This document shows positions 48,341-62,375 of a stretch of 64,000 nt of DNA, one piece after another. Source of the stretch: Candidatus Velthaea sp. (GTDB lineage Bacteria; Vulcanimicrobiota; Vulcanimicrobiia; Vulcanimicrobiales; Vulcanimicrobiaceae); NCBI GenBank assembly GCA_965214935.1, contig CBDCCS010000019.1:1-64000 (forward strand), written 5' to 3'. The notes beneath the pieces were generated by a model. It was given only the letters and a program-made list of their open reading frames with translations. It searched no databases and was not told where the DNA came from. The stretch's first letter is position 1; every line of letters begins with the position of its first letter. Both the position numbers and the translations under genes were made by a program.

Positions 48341-49686
48341 GGAATCGCCGAGCGCCGTTCGTCGATCCAGGCCCGTAAGCGCGCTTCGTCGCCTTGGCGG
48401 GTCGGCTCGAAGTAGTGCCGGCCGTCAAGGGCATCCGGCAAATTCGATTGCAGCACGACCGCCGGCGGCAACTCGCCGGCGGCATCAAGTGCGGCATAGT
48501 CGGTGTGTGCGTAACGATAGCCCGCACCGTAGCCTAATTTGCGCATGAGCGGCGTCGGCGCGTTGCGCAAATGGACGGGGACCGGGTCGTTACGTGTCTG
48601 GTCGACATCGGCCAGCGCAGCTTTATACGCCCGGCCGACGGTATTTGACTTCGGCGCGGTCGCAAGATACATCGTCGCATGCGCGAGCGGATAAAAGCCT
48701 TCCGGCATGCCGATGAAATGGACCGCTTGTTGCGCAGCCATCGCGAGCGGCAACGCATGCCGGTCGGCGAGTCCGATATCCTCGCTTGCCAAAATCACCA
48801 GCCGGCGCGCGATGAACAGCGCGTCTTCGCCGCTTTCGATCATCCGTGCGAGGTAGTACACCGCGGCGTCGGGATCGCTGCCGCGAACGGTTTTGATGAA
48901 AGCGCTAATGGTGTCGTAATGTCCGTCGCCGTTCTTGTCGTACGTGCGCGCACGCTTCTGCAAAGCGTCGGCGACCGTTTTTGCGTCGATCGTCGGCATC
49001 CCGTTCGCGTCGGGCGCAGCGGCGGCCGCAAATTCAAGAGTTCCGAGCGCTATCCGCGCATCGCCGTTCGCTAGGTTGACCAACGCATCGAGCGCCGGCG
49101 GCTCGATCCGCACACCGTTCGCGCCTAAACCGCGTTCACGATCGGCGAGCGCCCGTTCGAGCAACGTCCGAATATCGTCATCCTGCAGCGAGTTGAGCAC
49201 GAACACGCGCGAACGGGAGAGCAGCGCGGAGTTGACCTCGAACGATGGATTTTCGGTCGTTGCTCCGATCAGCGTCACGGTACCGTCCTCAACATACGGC
49301 AGCACCGCGTCTTGCTGCGCTTTGTTGAAGCGGTGGATTTCGTCGATAAACAGGACGCTGCGGCGGCCGGCGGCTTTGAGCTTCGCTGCATCGGCCGTCA
49401 CGCGGCGCAAGTCGGCGACACCGGCGCTCACCGCCGAGAGCGCGATGAAGTGCGCGCCGGTCCGGGCGGCGATGATGCGCGCCAAGGTCGTCTTTCCGGT
49501 ACCCGGCGGACCCCACAGGATCATCGACGGAAGCTGATCGCTCTCGATCGCTCGACGCAGCGCCCGCCCCGCTCCGACGATCTGTTCCTGACCGACGAAT
49601 TCATCGAGCGAACGCGGCCGCATGCGAGCGGCGAGCGGCTCGCGAATCGCCGGACCGCTCGATCCGCCGTCAAAGAGTCCGATCAT
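48337..49686 (-). CDS. rarA: Replication-associated recombination protein A
   Basis: PLAARMRP, GPPGTGKT, DEIHRFNKAQQD, ASEDIG. Confidence 0.96.
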   Translation of the reverse strand: MIGLFDGGSSGPAIREPLAARMRPRSLDEFVGQEQIVGAGRALRRAIESDQLPSMILWGPPGTGKTTLARIIAARTGAHFIALSAVSAGVADLRRVTADAAKLKAAGRRSVLFIDEIHRFNKAQQDAVLPYVEDGTVTLIGATTENPSFEVNSALLSRSRVFVLNSLQDDDIRTLLERALADRERGLGANGVRIEPPALDALVNLANGDARIALGTLEFAAAAAPDANGMPTIDAKTVADALQKRARTYDKNGDGHYDTISAFIKTVRGSDPDAAVYYLARMIESGEDALFIARRLVILASEDIGLADRHALPLAMAAQQAVHFIGMPEGFYPLAHATMYLATAPKSNTVGRAYKAALADVDQTRNDPVPVHLRNAPTPLMRKLGYGAGYRYAHTDYAALDAAGELPPAVVLQSNLPDALDGRHYFEPTRQGDEARLRAWIDERRSAIP

Positions 49687-49692
49687 CTGCGC

Positions 49693-50370
49693 TTACTTCG
49701 GCTTGGGTGTGGGCTTGGACTTCGGAGCCGGCGTCGGTAACGTTGACGTCGTGCCGGGTGCCGCATGGCCCGCCGGTTGAGTAAGAACGAGCGGATTGCC
49801 GCTCGTGCTGACGTCTTTTGTCAGCGTATCGTAATGCAGCATTTGCGCGCTCAGCGTTTCATCACCGTCGCCGAGACGAACGTCGCCGCTGAGGTCGAGT
49901 GCATGCGAACCCTGGTCGAGTTTGCCGTTCTGCGCCGTTGCATGCCGCGTGCCTTGAACGTAGTGAACGTTTCCCGTTGCAACGTAAATCTTGCGTTTTG
50001 AATCAACTTGCAATTCGTTACACTCGAGCGTTGCGGGCCCGCCGCCCGCCGCCGCTCCTGCCTGCTGCGCTTCGGACGCCCGGCCGTCATCGTGCAGCAC
50101 GACGTGGCCGGAAATCGTGACCGTACCGGCCTTGAAATTCCCCTTGGCACTATCGCCGGCAACGTCGGTTCCCGGCCGAAAGAAGCGAACGTGATGCGGC
50201 ATGGTAAAATCGCCGTTATTTAAATTTGATTGCGACGAATCGGTTTCGATGCGGAAATCTCGCGTCGTTGCGGCAGCCGGCGCCGCAGCCGAAGCTGCAC
50301 CGGCCGCCGACGATATCGTCGCTACCAGCATGCCGGCGAGAGCGGCGATCGCATACGCGGCTTGGAGCAT
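49693..50370 (-). CDS. LptA/OstA-like exported beta-jellyroll protein
   Basis: Signal peptide, repeated GHV/GNV/GDV strand pattern. Confidence 0.65.
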   Translation of the reverse strand: MLQAAYAIAALAGMLVATISSAAGAASAAAPAAATTRDFRIETDSSQSNLNNGDFTMPHHVRFFRPGTDVAGDSAKGNFKAGTVTISGHVVLHDDGRASEAQQAGAAAGGGPATLECNELQVDSKRKIYVATGNVHYVQGTRHATAQNGKLDQGSHALDLSGDVRLGDGDETLSAQMLHYDTLTKDVSTSGNPLVLTQPAGHAAPGTTSTLPTPAPKSKPTPKPK

Positions 50371-50411
50371 ACCGTTGCTTACTATCGCCTTCGCGCGACG
50401 AAGTTCCGTTT

Positions 50412-51419
<1,008 letters not shown>

Positions 51420-51530
51420 TCAAGACTTCGGCGCGCGGCGTTCACGTCACGCCGGATAGGCCGCGCGACCTTGATGCGTTCGGGGCTTGCAAGCGAAATC
51501 CTAATGCGTTCGCTCGGCTGCGACGCGCAG

Positions 51531-52892
51531 CTAGCGGCTGCTGTTGACGACGCGCGGAAACGCGCTTGTTTCCGACGTTCCGATCGGTTCCATATATGGT
51601 GTCGTACCGCTCGAACGTTGAACCTGCGCTCCTAATGCCGACAACATTTCTTCGAGCCGTTCGTAGCCGCGATCGATATATTCGAGTCCGATGATCTCGG
51701 TCTCGCCGTTCGCGGCAAGCCCGGCGAGTACGAGCGCGGCTCCAGCCCGAATATCCGGAGCTTCGACGGGTGCACCCGATAGCGCCGAGCCGCCTTTGAT
51801 GAGCGCCGTATTGTTATCCATTGCAACGCGCACGTCGGCACCCATGCGCCGCAACTCGTTCACGTAGGTAAAGCGCGCGTTGAAAATCGATTCCTCAACG
51901 ACGCTCGTACCGGGCGCGGTGCACAAAAACGTTACCATCGGCGGCTGCAAATCGGTCGGAAAGCCGGGATGCGGCGCAGTGACGATATCGGTGCCGCCGC
52001 CGATCGTCGACGCGTCCGCGCGAAGCCAATCGTCGCCGGACGTCATTTGCACGCCGCATTCGGTGAGCGCGGTTTGAAGCGCGCTCAGGTCCTGCGGCCG
52101 GGCCCCGGTTACCGTCACGTCACCGCGAGTGACGGCACCGGCCAGCAACAGCGTTCCGGTGACGATGCGATCGGCAACGATCGTATAATCGACGCCGTGC
52201 AGCGATTCGACTCCGTCGATGCGCACGATATCTTCGCCGATGCCGCTGATGCGTGCACCCATGAGCACCAGGAAGTGCGCCAAATCAACGACCTCGGGCT
52301 CCATCGCGGCATTGCGAATCGTCGTCGTACCGCGGGCGCGTACCGCCGCAAGCATCGCGTTTTTCGTCGCGCCGACCGACGGCGTGCGAAACTCGATCTC
52401 GCCGCCGATGAGCGTCGGGCCGATGCTCTGCGCGATGAGGTAGCCGTGTTCGTTCGATACGCTTGCACCGAGCGCGCGAAATGCCGTTTCATGGAGATCC
52501 GTCGCCCGGGTGCCTAAAATACAACCACCCGGCAACGGCACCTCGGCTCGGCCGAAGCGCCCCAACAGCGGGCCGACTAAGTCGAACGAAGCTGCAAGTT
52601 TGCGCACGAGCGTGTACGGCGCGCGATGCACGGCAACGTTACTCGAATCGATCGTGATGGTGTTCGGACCCTCGAGCGAAATTCGGGCGCCGAGCGCTTC
52701 GAGCAACGACCACATTACGGAGACATCGGTAATGCGCGGAACGCGATGCAACGTGACTTTGCCCTTGGCGAGCAACGCCGCGGCCATGATCGGCAGAGCG
52801 GCGTTTTTCGCACCTTGCGTTTCAACCGAACCGACTAAGCGTGCCCCGCCGCGCACCCGCAATGTCGTATCGAGCCGGTCTAACACGTTCAT
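51531..52892 (-). CDS. murA: UDP-N-acetylglucosamine 1-carboxyvinyltransferase
   Basis: GAKNAALP, LPGGC, SVGAT, PGFPTD, IDRGYE. Confidence 0.97.
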   Translation of the reverse strand: MNVLDRLDTTLRVRGGARLVGSVETQGAKNAALPIMAAALLAKGKVTLHRVPRITDVSVMWSLLEALGARISLEGPNTITIDSSNVAVHRAPYTLVRKLAASFDLVGPLLGRFGRAEVPLPGGCILGTRATDLHETAFRALGASVSNEHGYLIAQSIGPTLIGGEIEFRTPSVGATKNAMLAAVRARGTTTIRNAAMEPEVVDLAHFLVLMGARISGIGEDIVRIDGVESLHGVDYTIVADRIVTGTLLLAGAVTRGDVTVTGARPQDLSALQTALTECGVQMTSGDDWLRADASTIGGGTDIVTAPHPGFPTDLQPPMVTFLCTAPGTSVVEESIFNARFTYVNELRRMGADVRVAMDNNTALIKGGSALSGAPVEAPDIRAGAALVLAGLAANGETEIIGLEYIDRGYERLEEMLSALGAQVQRSSGTTPYMEPIGTSETSAFPRVVNSSR

Positions 52893-52940
52893 CGCAACCG
52901 CCGTTCGACGGTCGTCGATTCGATTTCTCCGTGCGACCGG

Positions 52941-54323
52941 GTGTTCTCACTACCGTCGCTCGAAGACGGGGACGACTCGATTGCACCATCGACCGGAGGA
53001 ACTGTGGCTCGCAGCATCATCGCGCCCGCGGAGCGCGTTACGAATCTTCGCTGGGGGATTGCCCTCATACTCGGTTTCGGTGTGCTCGTCAATTATATCG
53101 ATCGCGGCGCTCTGAGTGTCGCGCAACCGTCGCTTCATCGCGATCTTGGGCTCGGTCCGGTCGAGTTCGGTCTGCTCAGCAGTGCGTTCTTTTGGATCTA
53201 CGCGCTCGCGCAAGTGCCTGTCGGCGTGCTGCTCGATCGCTTCGGCGTTACGCTACTTTCACGCTTGAGCGCGTTACTCTGGACGGTTGCGTCGATCCTG
53301 ACGGCGATCGCGCCGAATTTTGCGTTTCTTTTTGCCGCTCGATCGTTTTTAGGCATTGCCGAAGCCCCGACGTTTCCCGCCAACGCGAAAGCCGTCGGTT
53401 ACTGGTTTCCACGCGGCGAACGCAGTTTCGCGACGTCACTTTTCGATGCCGCAGCGAAGCTTTCAAGCGGGATCGGCGTGCTTTTTACCGGCTGGCTGCT
53501 CGTGCGTTTCGGCTGGCGCGGTATGTTTTGGACAACCGCCTTACTCAGTCTCTTTTTCTTGGCGCTGTTCTTCGTTTTTTACCGCAATCCGGGCGTCGAC
53601 AAGCGCTTGACCTATGCCGAGGCGCAGTACATCAAAGACGGCGGCGGTGAACCGGAAAGCCCCGCCGGCAGCGTGCCGCGCGGACCCGGCTTCAGTTATC
53701 TGCTGCGTCAGCCCAAAGTCTGGGGATTAACGATCGGCTTCAGCGCTTACGATTATTTATTTGCACTGCTTTTGACGTGGCTGCCGAGCTATCTGACGTC
53801 GACCTTTTCAATCAATATCGTCAGTGCCGGGGGTTACGCGCTGTTGATTTGGGGCGTCGCGACCATCAGCGACTTAGCCATCGGCGGCTGGCTCGCCGAC
53901 TATCTCATCAAACGCGGCAGCGATGCAAACCGCACTCGGAAAACGTTGCTGATTGCCGGACTCGTGATCGGCTTCGCGGTCATCGGCGCGGCGTACACGA
54001 AAGATCTCCATTTAGCGGTGTTTTGGATGACGGTCGCCGCAGCCGGGATCGCATTCCATGCACCCGTTGCCTGGTCGATTCCCGGGTTGATCGCCCCGCG
54101 CAACAGCACCGGACAGATCGGCGGTGTCATGAACTTGTTCGGCAATCTCTCGAGCGCGGCTGCACCGATCGCTACCGGCTTGATCGTCGCGCGCACGGGT
54201 TCGTTTTCCGCAGCGATCGTAACGGCCGCGCTGATTTTACTCGTCGGCATCGCTGCATATAGCTTCGTGCTGGGTCGCATCGAAAAAATTCCCGAACCTT
54301 TGCACGCAGGCGCCGGACGTTGA
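52941..54323 (+). CDS. MFS sugar-acid transporter (ACS family)
   Basis: NYIDR, SSAFFWIYA, EAPTFP, WFPRGER; start uncertain. Confidence 0.88.
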   Translation: MFSLPSLEDGDDSIAPSTGGTVARSIIAPAERVTNLRWGIALILGFGVLVNYIDRGALSVAQPSLHRDLGLGPVEFGLLSSAFFWIYALAQVPVGVLLDRFGVTLLSRLSALLWTVASILTAIAPNFAFLFAARSFLGIAEAPTFPANAKAVGYWFPRGERSFATSLFDAAAKLSSGIGVLFTGWLLVRFGWRGMFWTTALLSLFFLALFFVFYRNPGVDKRLTYAEAQYIKDGGGEPESPAGSVPRGPGFSYLLRQPKVWGLTIGFSAYDYLFALLLTWLPSYLTSTFSINIVSAGGYALLIWGVATISDLAIGGWLADYLIKRGSDANRTRKTLLIAGLVIGFAVIGAAYTKDLHLAVFWMTVAAAGIAFHAPVAWSIPGLIAPRNSTGQIGGVMNLFGNLSSAAAPIATGLIVARTGSFSAAIVTAALILLVGIAAYSFVLGRIEKIPEPLHAGAGR

Positions 54324-55819
54324 GTCGCGCCGACGCACCGTCGGTCGTCATCGGCGTCGATCTGGGGACCAGTGCGGTCAAAGTGCTGGCCGTGACGCCG
54401 GCCGGTCGCGAAATAACGGCTGCCTCGGAATTCTATGGGCTAGTAACACCGCATCCCGATTTCGTCGAACAAGATGCGAACGTGATCTACAGTGCCGCGA
54501 TGCGCGTACTCGAACGCGTACTTGCGGACGTGCATCTGCGCGGCAGCGAAGTGCTAGCAATTGGTTTCTCGAGCGCAATGCACGGTGTTCTCGCGGTCGA
54601 CGCGGCCGGTGAACCGATCTCGAACCTCATTACCTGGCTCGACCGGCGGAGCGCCGGTATTGCCGAGTCGTGGCGTACCGACGGCACGGGGATTGCGCTG
54701 TATCGCCGCACCGGCGCGCCGATGCATCCGATGCTGCCATTGACGAAACTGCGCTGGCTGCGCGATAACGACCCCAAGCTTTTCGAGCGAGCCCGGCGTT
54801 TCGTCGGCCTCAAGGAACTGTTCGTCTTTCGCTGGACCGGCGAATGGCTCGTCGATTGGGGGATCGCGTCTGCGACGGGTCTCTTCTCGCTTGCATCACC
54901 GGCGTGGGATGCGCGCGCGCTCGAACTCGCCGGGCTCGCTGCGTACCGCTTATCACAACCGGCCGCGCCGACGACGGCGCTACGCACGTTTCGGGCGGCG
55001 GTTGCAAATCAGCTCCGACTGGCGGATCGAACGGCAGTCGTCCTCGGAACGAGCGACGGCGCGCTTGCAAATATCGGCATTGGAGCATCGCTTGCGGGCG
55101 ACCTTGCACTTACGCTCGGCACGAGCGGCGCGCTTCGCCGGTTCGTCGACGCGCCGGCAATCGACGCAGCGGGGCGGACCTTTTGCTACTACGCTGATGA
55201 TACGCGCTTCATCGTCGGCGGCCCGACCAGCAGCGCCGGCGCCTCGCTCGACTGGATCTTCGGCTTGCTGCTCGCCGAAACGCCGCGCGCAGACCGCTTC
55301 GCGCAGGCTGCGGCGCTTGCCGCGGACGTCGCCGCCGGTGCCGCCGGGCTCATCGTGTTGCCGTTCTTTTCCGGCGAGCGCGCACCGTATTGGCGAAGTT
55401 CGCTACGCGGTTCGTTTGACGGCCTCGATCTGTCGCACGATCGCGCGACGATCTTGCGCGCCGCGTTTGAGGGAGTCGTGTTTGGAATGCGCGCCGTTTA
55501 CGACGTCGTTCGCGAAACGACCGGCAGCGCACAACGCCTACTGCTCTCGGGCGGTTTGACGAAAGCACCCCTCGTGCGCTCGCTGCTTGCCGATATTTTC
55601 GATTTGCCTGCGGTTCAGCCGCATCAACAAGAAGCGTCCGCATTTGGCGCAGCACTCATCGCCGCGCAAGCCGTCGGTGCGATCGATAATGCGTCCGATC
55701 GGGCGCGCGATGCCGGCTACGATGCTCCGACGGCGCCGGATGCGACCCAGCGTGAAGCGTATTCAAACGCGTACGCACGCTACGCGAAATGCGTGGACGT
55801 GCACCTCGCCCTCTACTAA
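54320..55819 (+). CDS. gntK: Gluconokinase, FGGY family
   Basis: DLGTS, SSAMH, HPMLPL, DGALAN, GERAPYW. Confidence 0.85.
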   Translation: MSRADAPSVVIGVDLGTSAVKVLAVTPAGREITAASEFYGLVTPHPDFVEQDANVIYSAAMRVLERVLADVHLRGSEVLAIGFSSAMHGVLAVDAAGEPISNLITWLDRRSAGIAESWRTDGTGIALYRRTGAPMHPMLPLTKLRWLRDNDPKLFERARRFVGLKELFVFRWTGEWLVDWGIASATGLFSLASPAWDARALELAGLAAYRLSQPAAPTTALRTFRAAVANQLRLADRTAVVLGTSDGALANIGIGASLAGDLALTLGTSGALRRFVDAPAIDAAGRTFCYYADDTRFIVGGPTSSAGASLDWIFGLLLAETPRADRFAQAAALAADVAAGAAGLIVLPFFSGERAPYWRSSLRGSFDGLDLSHDRATILRAAFEGVVFGMRAVYDVVRETTGSAQRLLLSGGLTKAPLVRSLLADIFDLPAVQPHQQEASAFGAALIAAQAVGAIDNASDRARDAGYDAPTAPDATQREAYSNAYARYAKCVDVHLALY

Positions 55820-55850
55820 ACGAAAACGCGCGCTGCAAGCAGCACGCGTT
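55818..55850 (-). terminator. Putative intrinsic terminator of the YsnF-like gene
   Basis: Minus-strand stem AACGCGTGCTGC/GCAGCGCGCGTT followed by TTCGTTT, between convergent genes. Confidence 0.55.
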
Positions 55851-55894
55851 CCGATCGTTCGGCTCTGAGCGTCTCGCTGCAGAGGCGTTAGCGA

Positions 55895-57043
55895 TTAAAT
55901 GCGCGGGTCGGTCGTTCCGTAACCGGTTGATACGCCGGTCGTCGAAGCGCTGCCGCCGTCGACATCCACAACGTTCAACTCTTCTTTGCGGGTCGTTTCC
56001 GTAACGTGTTGCACTTCCTCGACTTCACGTTTACCGACGACGACTTCCTCGGTTACGACGGCGACCTTCGATACATTCAACGTCTCTTCGGTCAGCGGAA
56101 TACTAATGACTTCGGAATCGGTGCCGATCGGCGCACCGGTGCTCGCCGTCGTGCTGCTTACCGGACGGCGCTCGATGAACAGCTCTTCGTGGATGAGCGG
56201 AACATCGACGCTCTGCGTCTGCGTAACAATGTCTTTGCTGATCGTCGCTGCGCCGCGCGAACGCCGCTCGGTATCGATGCGCAACCGCTCTTCGCGCAGT
56301 TGGATGCGCGTCGGCTCATCGATCGTTTGACCGCTGCGATACGCACCGTAGTCATCAGAAGCGTCGACGCCGAAGGCACTCGACACCGGTACATCGGTTG
56401 CGTACCGGTCGCTCGTGGTATTCGAGACGCTGCCGATCGAAGCTCCGGCAAGCGGCGCCGCTTCTGCACTTACATCGTACGCGCCGCCGGGCGTCGTCAT
56501 GCCGCTTGCAATCGCACCGCCGGCGAGACCACCGGTCGCCGCAAGTCCGGCACTCGATGCAAACGAACCGGTCGCCGGCGGAGAATACGAGCCGGCCGTC
56601 TTATAACCGGTTGCACCGAACCCGCCGGTAATGAGCTTTCCGCCGTTTTGCGAAACAATTTGTGCGGCAAGCTCGGGATGGTTGGCACCGTCGACCGTAA
56701 CGATCGCACTGCGGGCCGGCAACGCTCCGGCCGACTTTGCATCGGCTTCCGAGACACCATGTTTGATGAGCGCGGCATGTAGCGTTTCATCGCCCTCGCC
56801 GAACATGCGCGCGAACCAGTTATCGGCTTCGACCCGCGTCTCCGCACCTTCGTTCGACATCGAAGCGTAACCGGCCGAATCTTCGGTCCGCGTAATGCCC
56901 AGCCACGTATCGCGAAAGCCTTCTTCGTGTAAACGATTGATGGCATCGTGCGCGCTTTCACGATCCGCAAACATTGCCGCAAGCGTCGTACGCTCGTAAT
57001 CAGCGGTCGAATCGACATCGCTATAACTGCTGTCCGTGTTCAT
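55895..57043 (-). CDS. YsnF/AvaK (DUF2382) stress protein
   Basis: IQLREERL, VPLIHEELFIERRPV, EEVVVGK, RKEEL; GGAGG RBS. Confidence 0.88.
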   Translation of the reverse strand: MNTDSSYSDVDSTADYERTTLAAMFADRESAHDAINRLHEEGFRDTWLGITRTEDSAGYASMSNEGAETRVEADNWFARMFGEGDETLHAALIKHGVSEADAKSAGALPARSAIVTVDGANHPELAAQIVSQNGGKLITGGFGATGYKTAGSYSPPATGSFASSAGLAATGGLAGGAIASGMTTPGGAYDVSAEAAPLAGASIGSVSNTTSDRYATDVPVSSAFGVDASDDYGAYRSGQTIDEPTRIQLREERLRIDTERRSRGAATISKDIVTQTQSVDVPLIHEELFIERRPVSSTTASTGAPIGTDSEVISIPLTEETLNVSKVAVVTEEVVVGKREVEEVQHVTETTRKEELNVVDVDGGSASTTGVSTGYGTTDPRI

Positions 57044-57159
57044 AAATCCTCCGGTCAAACGTTGTTTTGGTCGTGCAGAATGGTTCCCAAAACGGTTCGA
57101 CTTACACCAACTAAGCGACCCTCGCCCGTGTAATCTTTAAGGCAAGTAAGGGCCGCCCG

Positions 57160-57579
57160 CTAGGCGTTCCCGCTCAAGCGCAGTTGGGCCAGAGCAAAAT
57201 CGATCTTGGCCTGCTCGCGAGCGGCGAGATTTGCATCGCTGCCGGCGGCGCGGTGGGCGTCTTGAGCGGCCGCCAATTGCTCGCGTACCTTGGCGGCATC
57301 GATCTCATCGGGCGCCAAAGCCGCATCCGCCAAGACGGTTACCTTTCCGGGCAATGCCTGAACGAAGCCTTCGCTCGTCGCCAGCTCCAAACGTCGCGAC
57401 GTGCCGTTTTCAACGACGTTCGCGCGCAACACCCCCGCTTTGAGCGCCGCGAGAAACGGCGCATGCGAGGGCAGAAAACCTTCTTCGCCTTCAGTGGTAA
57501 CGGCGATCACGAGTTCGGCCTCGCCATCGAACCGGACGGCCAGCGGAGTAACGATCGTAAACGGGATCGTGTTTGCCAC
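57160..57579 (-). CDS. atpC: ATP synthase epsilon subunit
   Basis: IVTP, GFLPSHAP; operon position. Confidence 0.93.
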   Translation of the reverse strand: MANTIPFTIVTPLAVRFDGEAELVIAVTTEGEEGFLPSHAPFLAALKAGVLRANVVENGTSRRLELATSEGFVQALPGKVTVLADAALAPDEIDAAKVREQLAAAQDAHRAAGSDANLAAREQAKIDFALAQLRLSGNA

Positions 57580-57582
57580 GTC

Positions 57583-59106
<1,524 letters not shown>

Positions 59107-59118
59107 TTATCGAGTTGG

Positions 59119-59419
59119 CACGAGCGGCGTGAGGCGGTGCGGCGGTGGCGGGGACGCCCGCGATTTGCCCTCGTGGCAAATCGCTACTTCCGAAAACTTT
59201 GCTCTCGCTATCCTAGCTTCGCAAAGTTGTTCGAGACACCGTCACCGCCGCACCGCCTCCCGCCACTCTCGTCACATGGAAGATGTCACGAGTGCTACGC
59301 CACCCGTATGCCCGGTGATGGGTGGGGGGATCGTGTTCGGTGCCGGGGGTCAAACAGTTACGCGCAGCCCGGAAGGCGGAGCGGAACTGCTGCAAGTAGC
59401 GATTCGGCCGCCCATCACC
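59119..59419. repeat. Compound palindromic element in the atpG-atpD spacer
   Basis: 26-bp stem 59126-59151/59239-59264 enclosing two hairpins; second branched stem 59314-59325/59408-59419. Confidence 0.8.
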
Positions 59420-60275
59420 CCGCTAAAGCTTCAGCCCCGCCGACGATCTCCAGAATCTCGGTGGTGATGGCGGCTTGGCGGGCGTTGTTCATGGTGATCG
59501 TGAGTTCGTCGATGAGTTTTTTGGCGTTATCGGTCGCGTTGTTCATCGCGACGAGTTGAGCGGCGAAGAACGACGCGTTGGTTTCGAGCATTGCCGAGAA
59601 GATCGTGAACTCGAGATATTTTGGGAGCAGGCGCGACAGAACGGCTTCGGGCGAGGGCGCGAACTCGACGGCGCCGCTGGGTGTGTCGGTGGTTGATTCG
59701 ATTTTTTCGGGGACGACGGGAACGACCGAGCGGGTCTCCGGGCGCTGCGACATCATGTTGATGAACTTCGGTGCAATGAGCGTGATGCCTGAGATTTTGC
59801 CGGCGGTGAAATCGTCGGAAACTGTTTGCGCGACTTCGCGCGCGGTGTCGAGCATGACGCCTTGCGTGAGTGTCCAGTGACCGTTGGTCGGGCCGGTTTG
59901 ACGGCGTAACGCGTTGCGGCCTTTGATGCCGACGCTGTACCAAGCCAGGTTGGTGGTGCTGCGGCTGAACGATTCGGCTTGACGGATGAGGTTGGAGTTA
60001 AAGGCGCCGGCAAGGCCCTTGTCCGCGGTCATCACGATGACGCCGAGCGGCGCGCCGTCGCGGCCCGGTTTCATAAACGGATGGTCGATGTTCGAGACAC
60101 TCGCGGTCAAGTCGCGTAACATTGCCGAAAGCGCGTCGGCGTAGGGACGGGCTTGCTTTTGAAGCGCTTCGGCGCGCCGGATCCGCGCGGCGGCGACTTG
60201 CTTCATCGCCTTGGTAATTTGCTGCGTATTTTTGAGCGACCGTATGCGGTCGCGCAGATCTCGTACCGTTGCCAT
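59415..60275 (-). CDS. atpG: ATP synthase gamma subunit
   Basis: ITKAMKQVAAA, DKGLAGAFN, ARQAAITTEI. Confidence 0.98.
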   Translation of the reverse strand: MATVRDLRDRIRSLKNTQQITKAMKQVAAARIRRAEALQKQARPYADALSAMLRDLTASVSNIDHPFMKPGRDGAPLGVIVMTADKGLAGAFNSNLIRQAESFSRSTTNLAWYSVGIKGRNALRRQTGPTNGHWTLTQGVMLDTAREVAQTVSDDFTAGKISGITLIAPKFINMMSQRPETRSVVPVVPEKIESTTDTPSGAVEFAPSPEAVLSRLLPKYLEFTIFSAMLETNASFFAAQLVAMNNATDNAKKLIDELTITMNNARQAAITTEILEIVGGAEALAG

Positions 60276-60294
60276 TAAACGCTGACTGCAACCA

Positions 60295-61794
60295 TTAGAA
60301 TGATTTATTGAACTCGCTGATCGCCGCGGTGAGCGCCTTGGTGTTATCGTCGGAGAGCGCGTTGCTCGTGCGAATGCCGTCGCTGATTTGCGGGTGCTTG
60401 TCGTGGACGAAGCTGACGAACGATGCGACCCATTCTTGCAAGCGCGGTGTCGGGATGTCGCTGAGCAGCCCCTTGGTCGCGGCAAAGATGACGATGATCT
60501 GGTCTTCGACGGCTTGCGGTTGAAATTGGGGTTGCTTGAGAATCTCGGTTATTTTTTCGCCGCGGGTGAGCTGAGCTTGCGTATTCTTGTCGAGATCTGA
60601 CGCGAGTTTCGAGAATGCGGCGAGTTCGCGGTATTGAGCGAGATCGAGTTTGAGCGGCCCGGCGACGGTGCGCATGGCTTTGATTTGAGCCGAGCCGCCG
60701 ACGCGGCTCACCGATATGCCGACGTCGACTGCGGGCCGGATGCCTTGGAAGAAGAGCCCGGTCTGCAAGTAGATTTGGCCGTCGGTAATCGAGATGAGAT
60801 TGGTCGGGATGTAGGCCGATACGTCGCCGGCTTGCGTCTCGATGACCGGCAGGGCAGTCAGCGAACCACCGCCCATTTCGTCCGAGAGTTTGGCGGCGCG
60901 TTCGAGTAATCGCGAATGGAGAAAGAAGACGTCGCCGGGGTAGGCTTCGCGGCCCGGCGGCCGGCGCAGCAGCAGCGACACTTCACGGTACGCAATGGCG
61001 TGCTGCGTGAGGTTATCGTAAATGATGAGGACATCTTTGCCCTCGTACATCATGTCTTCGGCCATCGCGCAGCCGGCGAACGGCGCGATGAATTTGAGCG
61101 CTGCGGGTTCGGCCGACGAAACGGCGACGATCGTCGTGTATTCCATCGCGCCGGCTTTGTCGAGCGTTTGCAATAGCGACGCGACGGTCGAGTTTTTCTG
61201 CCCGATTGCAACGTAAATGCAGAAGACGTCGCGGCCTTTTTGATTGATGATCGTATCGATGGCGATGGCGGTCTTGCCGGTGCCGCGGTCGCCGATGATG
61301 AGCTCGCGCTGACCCTTGCCGATTGGAATGAGCGCATCGATCGCGCGGATGCCGGTCTGCAACGGCTGCTTGACGCCTTGACGCTGAACGACGCCCGGAG
61401 CGGTGTTCTCGATCGTACGATATTTATTGGTTTCGATCGGACCTTTGCCGTCGACCGGAGCACCAAGCGGATTGACGACGCGGCCGAGCAATGCCGGCCC
61501 GACCGGAACCGACGCGATGCGCCCGGTCCGCCGAACCTGTTCGCCCTCCTTAATATCGGTGTCATCGCCCATGATGACGACGCCGACGTTATCCTCTTCG
61601 AGGTTGAGCGCAATGCCTTGAACGCCGTTCGCAAACTCGACAAGTTCGGATTGCTGCACCGATTCCAACCCGTACACACGGGCGATATTATCGCCGACCT
61701 CGATAACCGTGCCGACTTCGGCTTCGTTATCTCCCGTCTTGTAGGTGGCGATTTGACCTTTTAAGATACCTGCGATTTCGTCGGCGTTGATCAT
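60295..61794 (-). CDS. atpA: ATP synthase alpha subunit
   Basis: [27 protein letters not shown]. Confidence 0.99.
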   Translation of the reverse strand: MINADEIAGILKGQIATYKTGDNEAEVGTVIEVGDNIARVYGLESVQQSELVEFANGVQGIALNLEEDNVGVVIMGDDTDIKEGEQVRRTGRIASVPVGPALLGRVVNPLGAPVDGKGPIETNKYRTIENTAPGVVQRQGVKQPLQTGIRAIDALIPIGKGQRELIIGDRGTGKTAIAIDTIINQKGRDVFCIYVAIGQKNSTVASLLQTLDKAGAMEYTTIVAVSSAEPAALKFIAPFAGCAMAEDMMYEGKDVLIIYDNLTQHAIAYREVSLLLRRPPGREAYPGDVFFLHSRLLERAAKLSDEMGGGSLTALPVIETQAGDVSAYIPTNLISITDGQIYLQTGLFFQGIRPAVDVGISVSRVGGSAQIKAMRTVAGPLKLDLAQYRELAAFSKLASDLDKNTQAQLTRGEKITEILKQPQFQPQAVEDQIIVIFAATKGLLSDIPTPRLQEWVASFVSFVHDKHPQISDGIRTSNALSDDNTKALTAAISEFNKSF

Positions 61795-61838
61795 CGGTGC
61801 TTGAAGCCTCCAGCGTTCGGCGTCGTACGGTACGCCAC

Positions 61839-62375
61839 TTAGTTCGTGCTCAACATTCGAGCTAGCTCGTCCAGACGCCCGGCTACGCTACCGTCGATGA
61901 GCTTATCACCCATGGTGATCCGCACGCCGCCGATCAACTGCGGATCGACGGTCTGCGTTACATCAAAAACGGTATTGTAGCGCCGGCTCAACTGATCGAC
62001 GAGGTCGCGCAATTCACCGGGCTCGATTGCGCGCGCAGCTTCGATGCGCAGCGGCGAACCGCCGCGGCTGCGCTGTTCGAGCAGATCGTACTGTGCGACG
62101 ATCTCGGTGAAGATGCGCTCGCGCCGCTTACGCACGAGCAGCAACACCGTATGGCGCGAGATTTCATGTAACCCGGCAAACGTGCGGTCGAGAATCGCAG
62201 CCTTTTGCTTGCGATCGATGACGGGCGAACGAAAGAAACGCCGAACCGCGTCATCGCTGTCGAGCACACCTTGCACGACATGCAGATCGCGCCGGATGTT
62301 GGCGACCGCTCCGGCCTCTTCGGCCAGCGAAAAAATCGCCGTCGCATAGCGGCGTGCGAGTGTCTCATTTGCCAT
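61839..62375 (-). CDS. atpH: ATP synthase delta subunit
   Basis: [17 protein letters not shown]. Confidence 0.95.
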   Translation of the reverse strand: MANETLARRYATAIFSLAEEAGAVANIRRDLHVVQGVLDSDDAVRRFFRSPVIDRKQKAAILDRTFAGLHEISRHTVLLLVRKRRERIFTEIVAQYDLLEQRSRGGSPLRIEAARAIEPGELRDLVDQLSRRYNTVFDVTQTVDPQLIGGVRITMGDKLIDGSVAGRLDELARMLSTN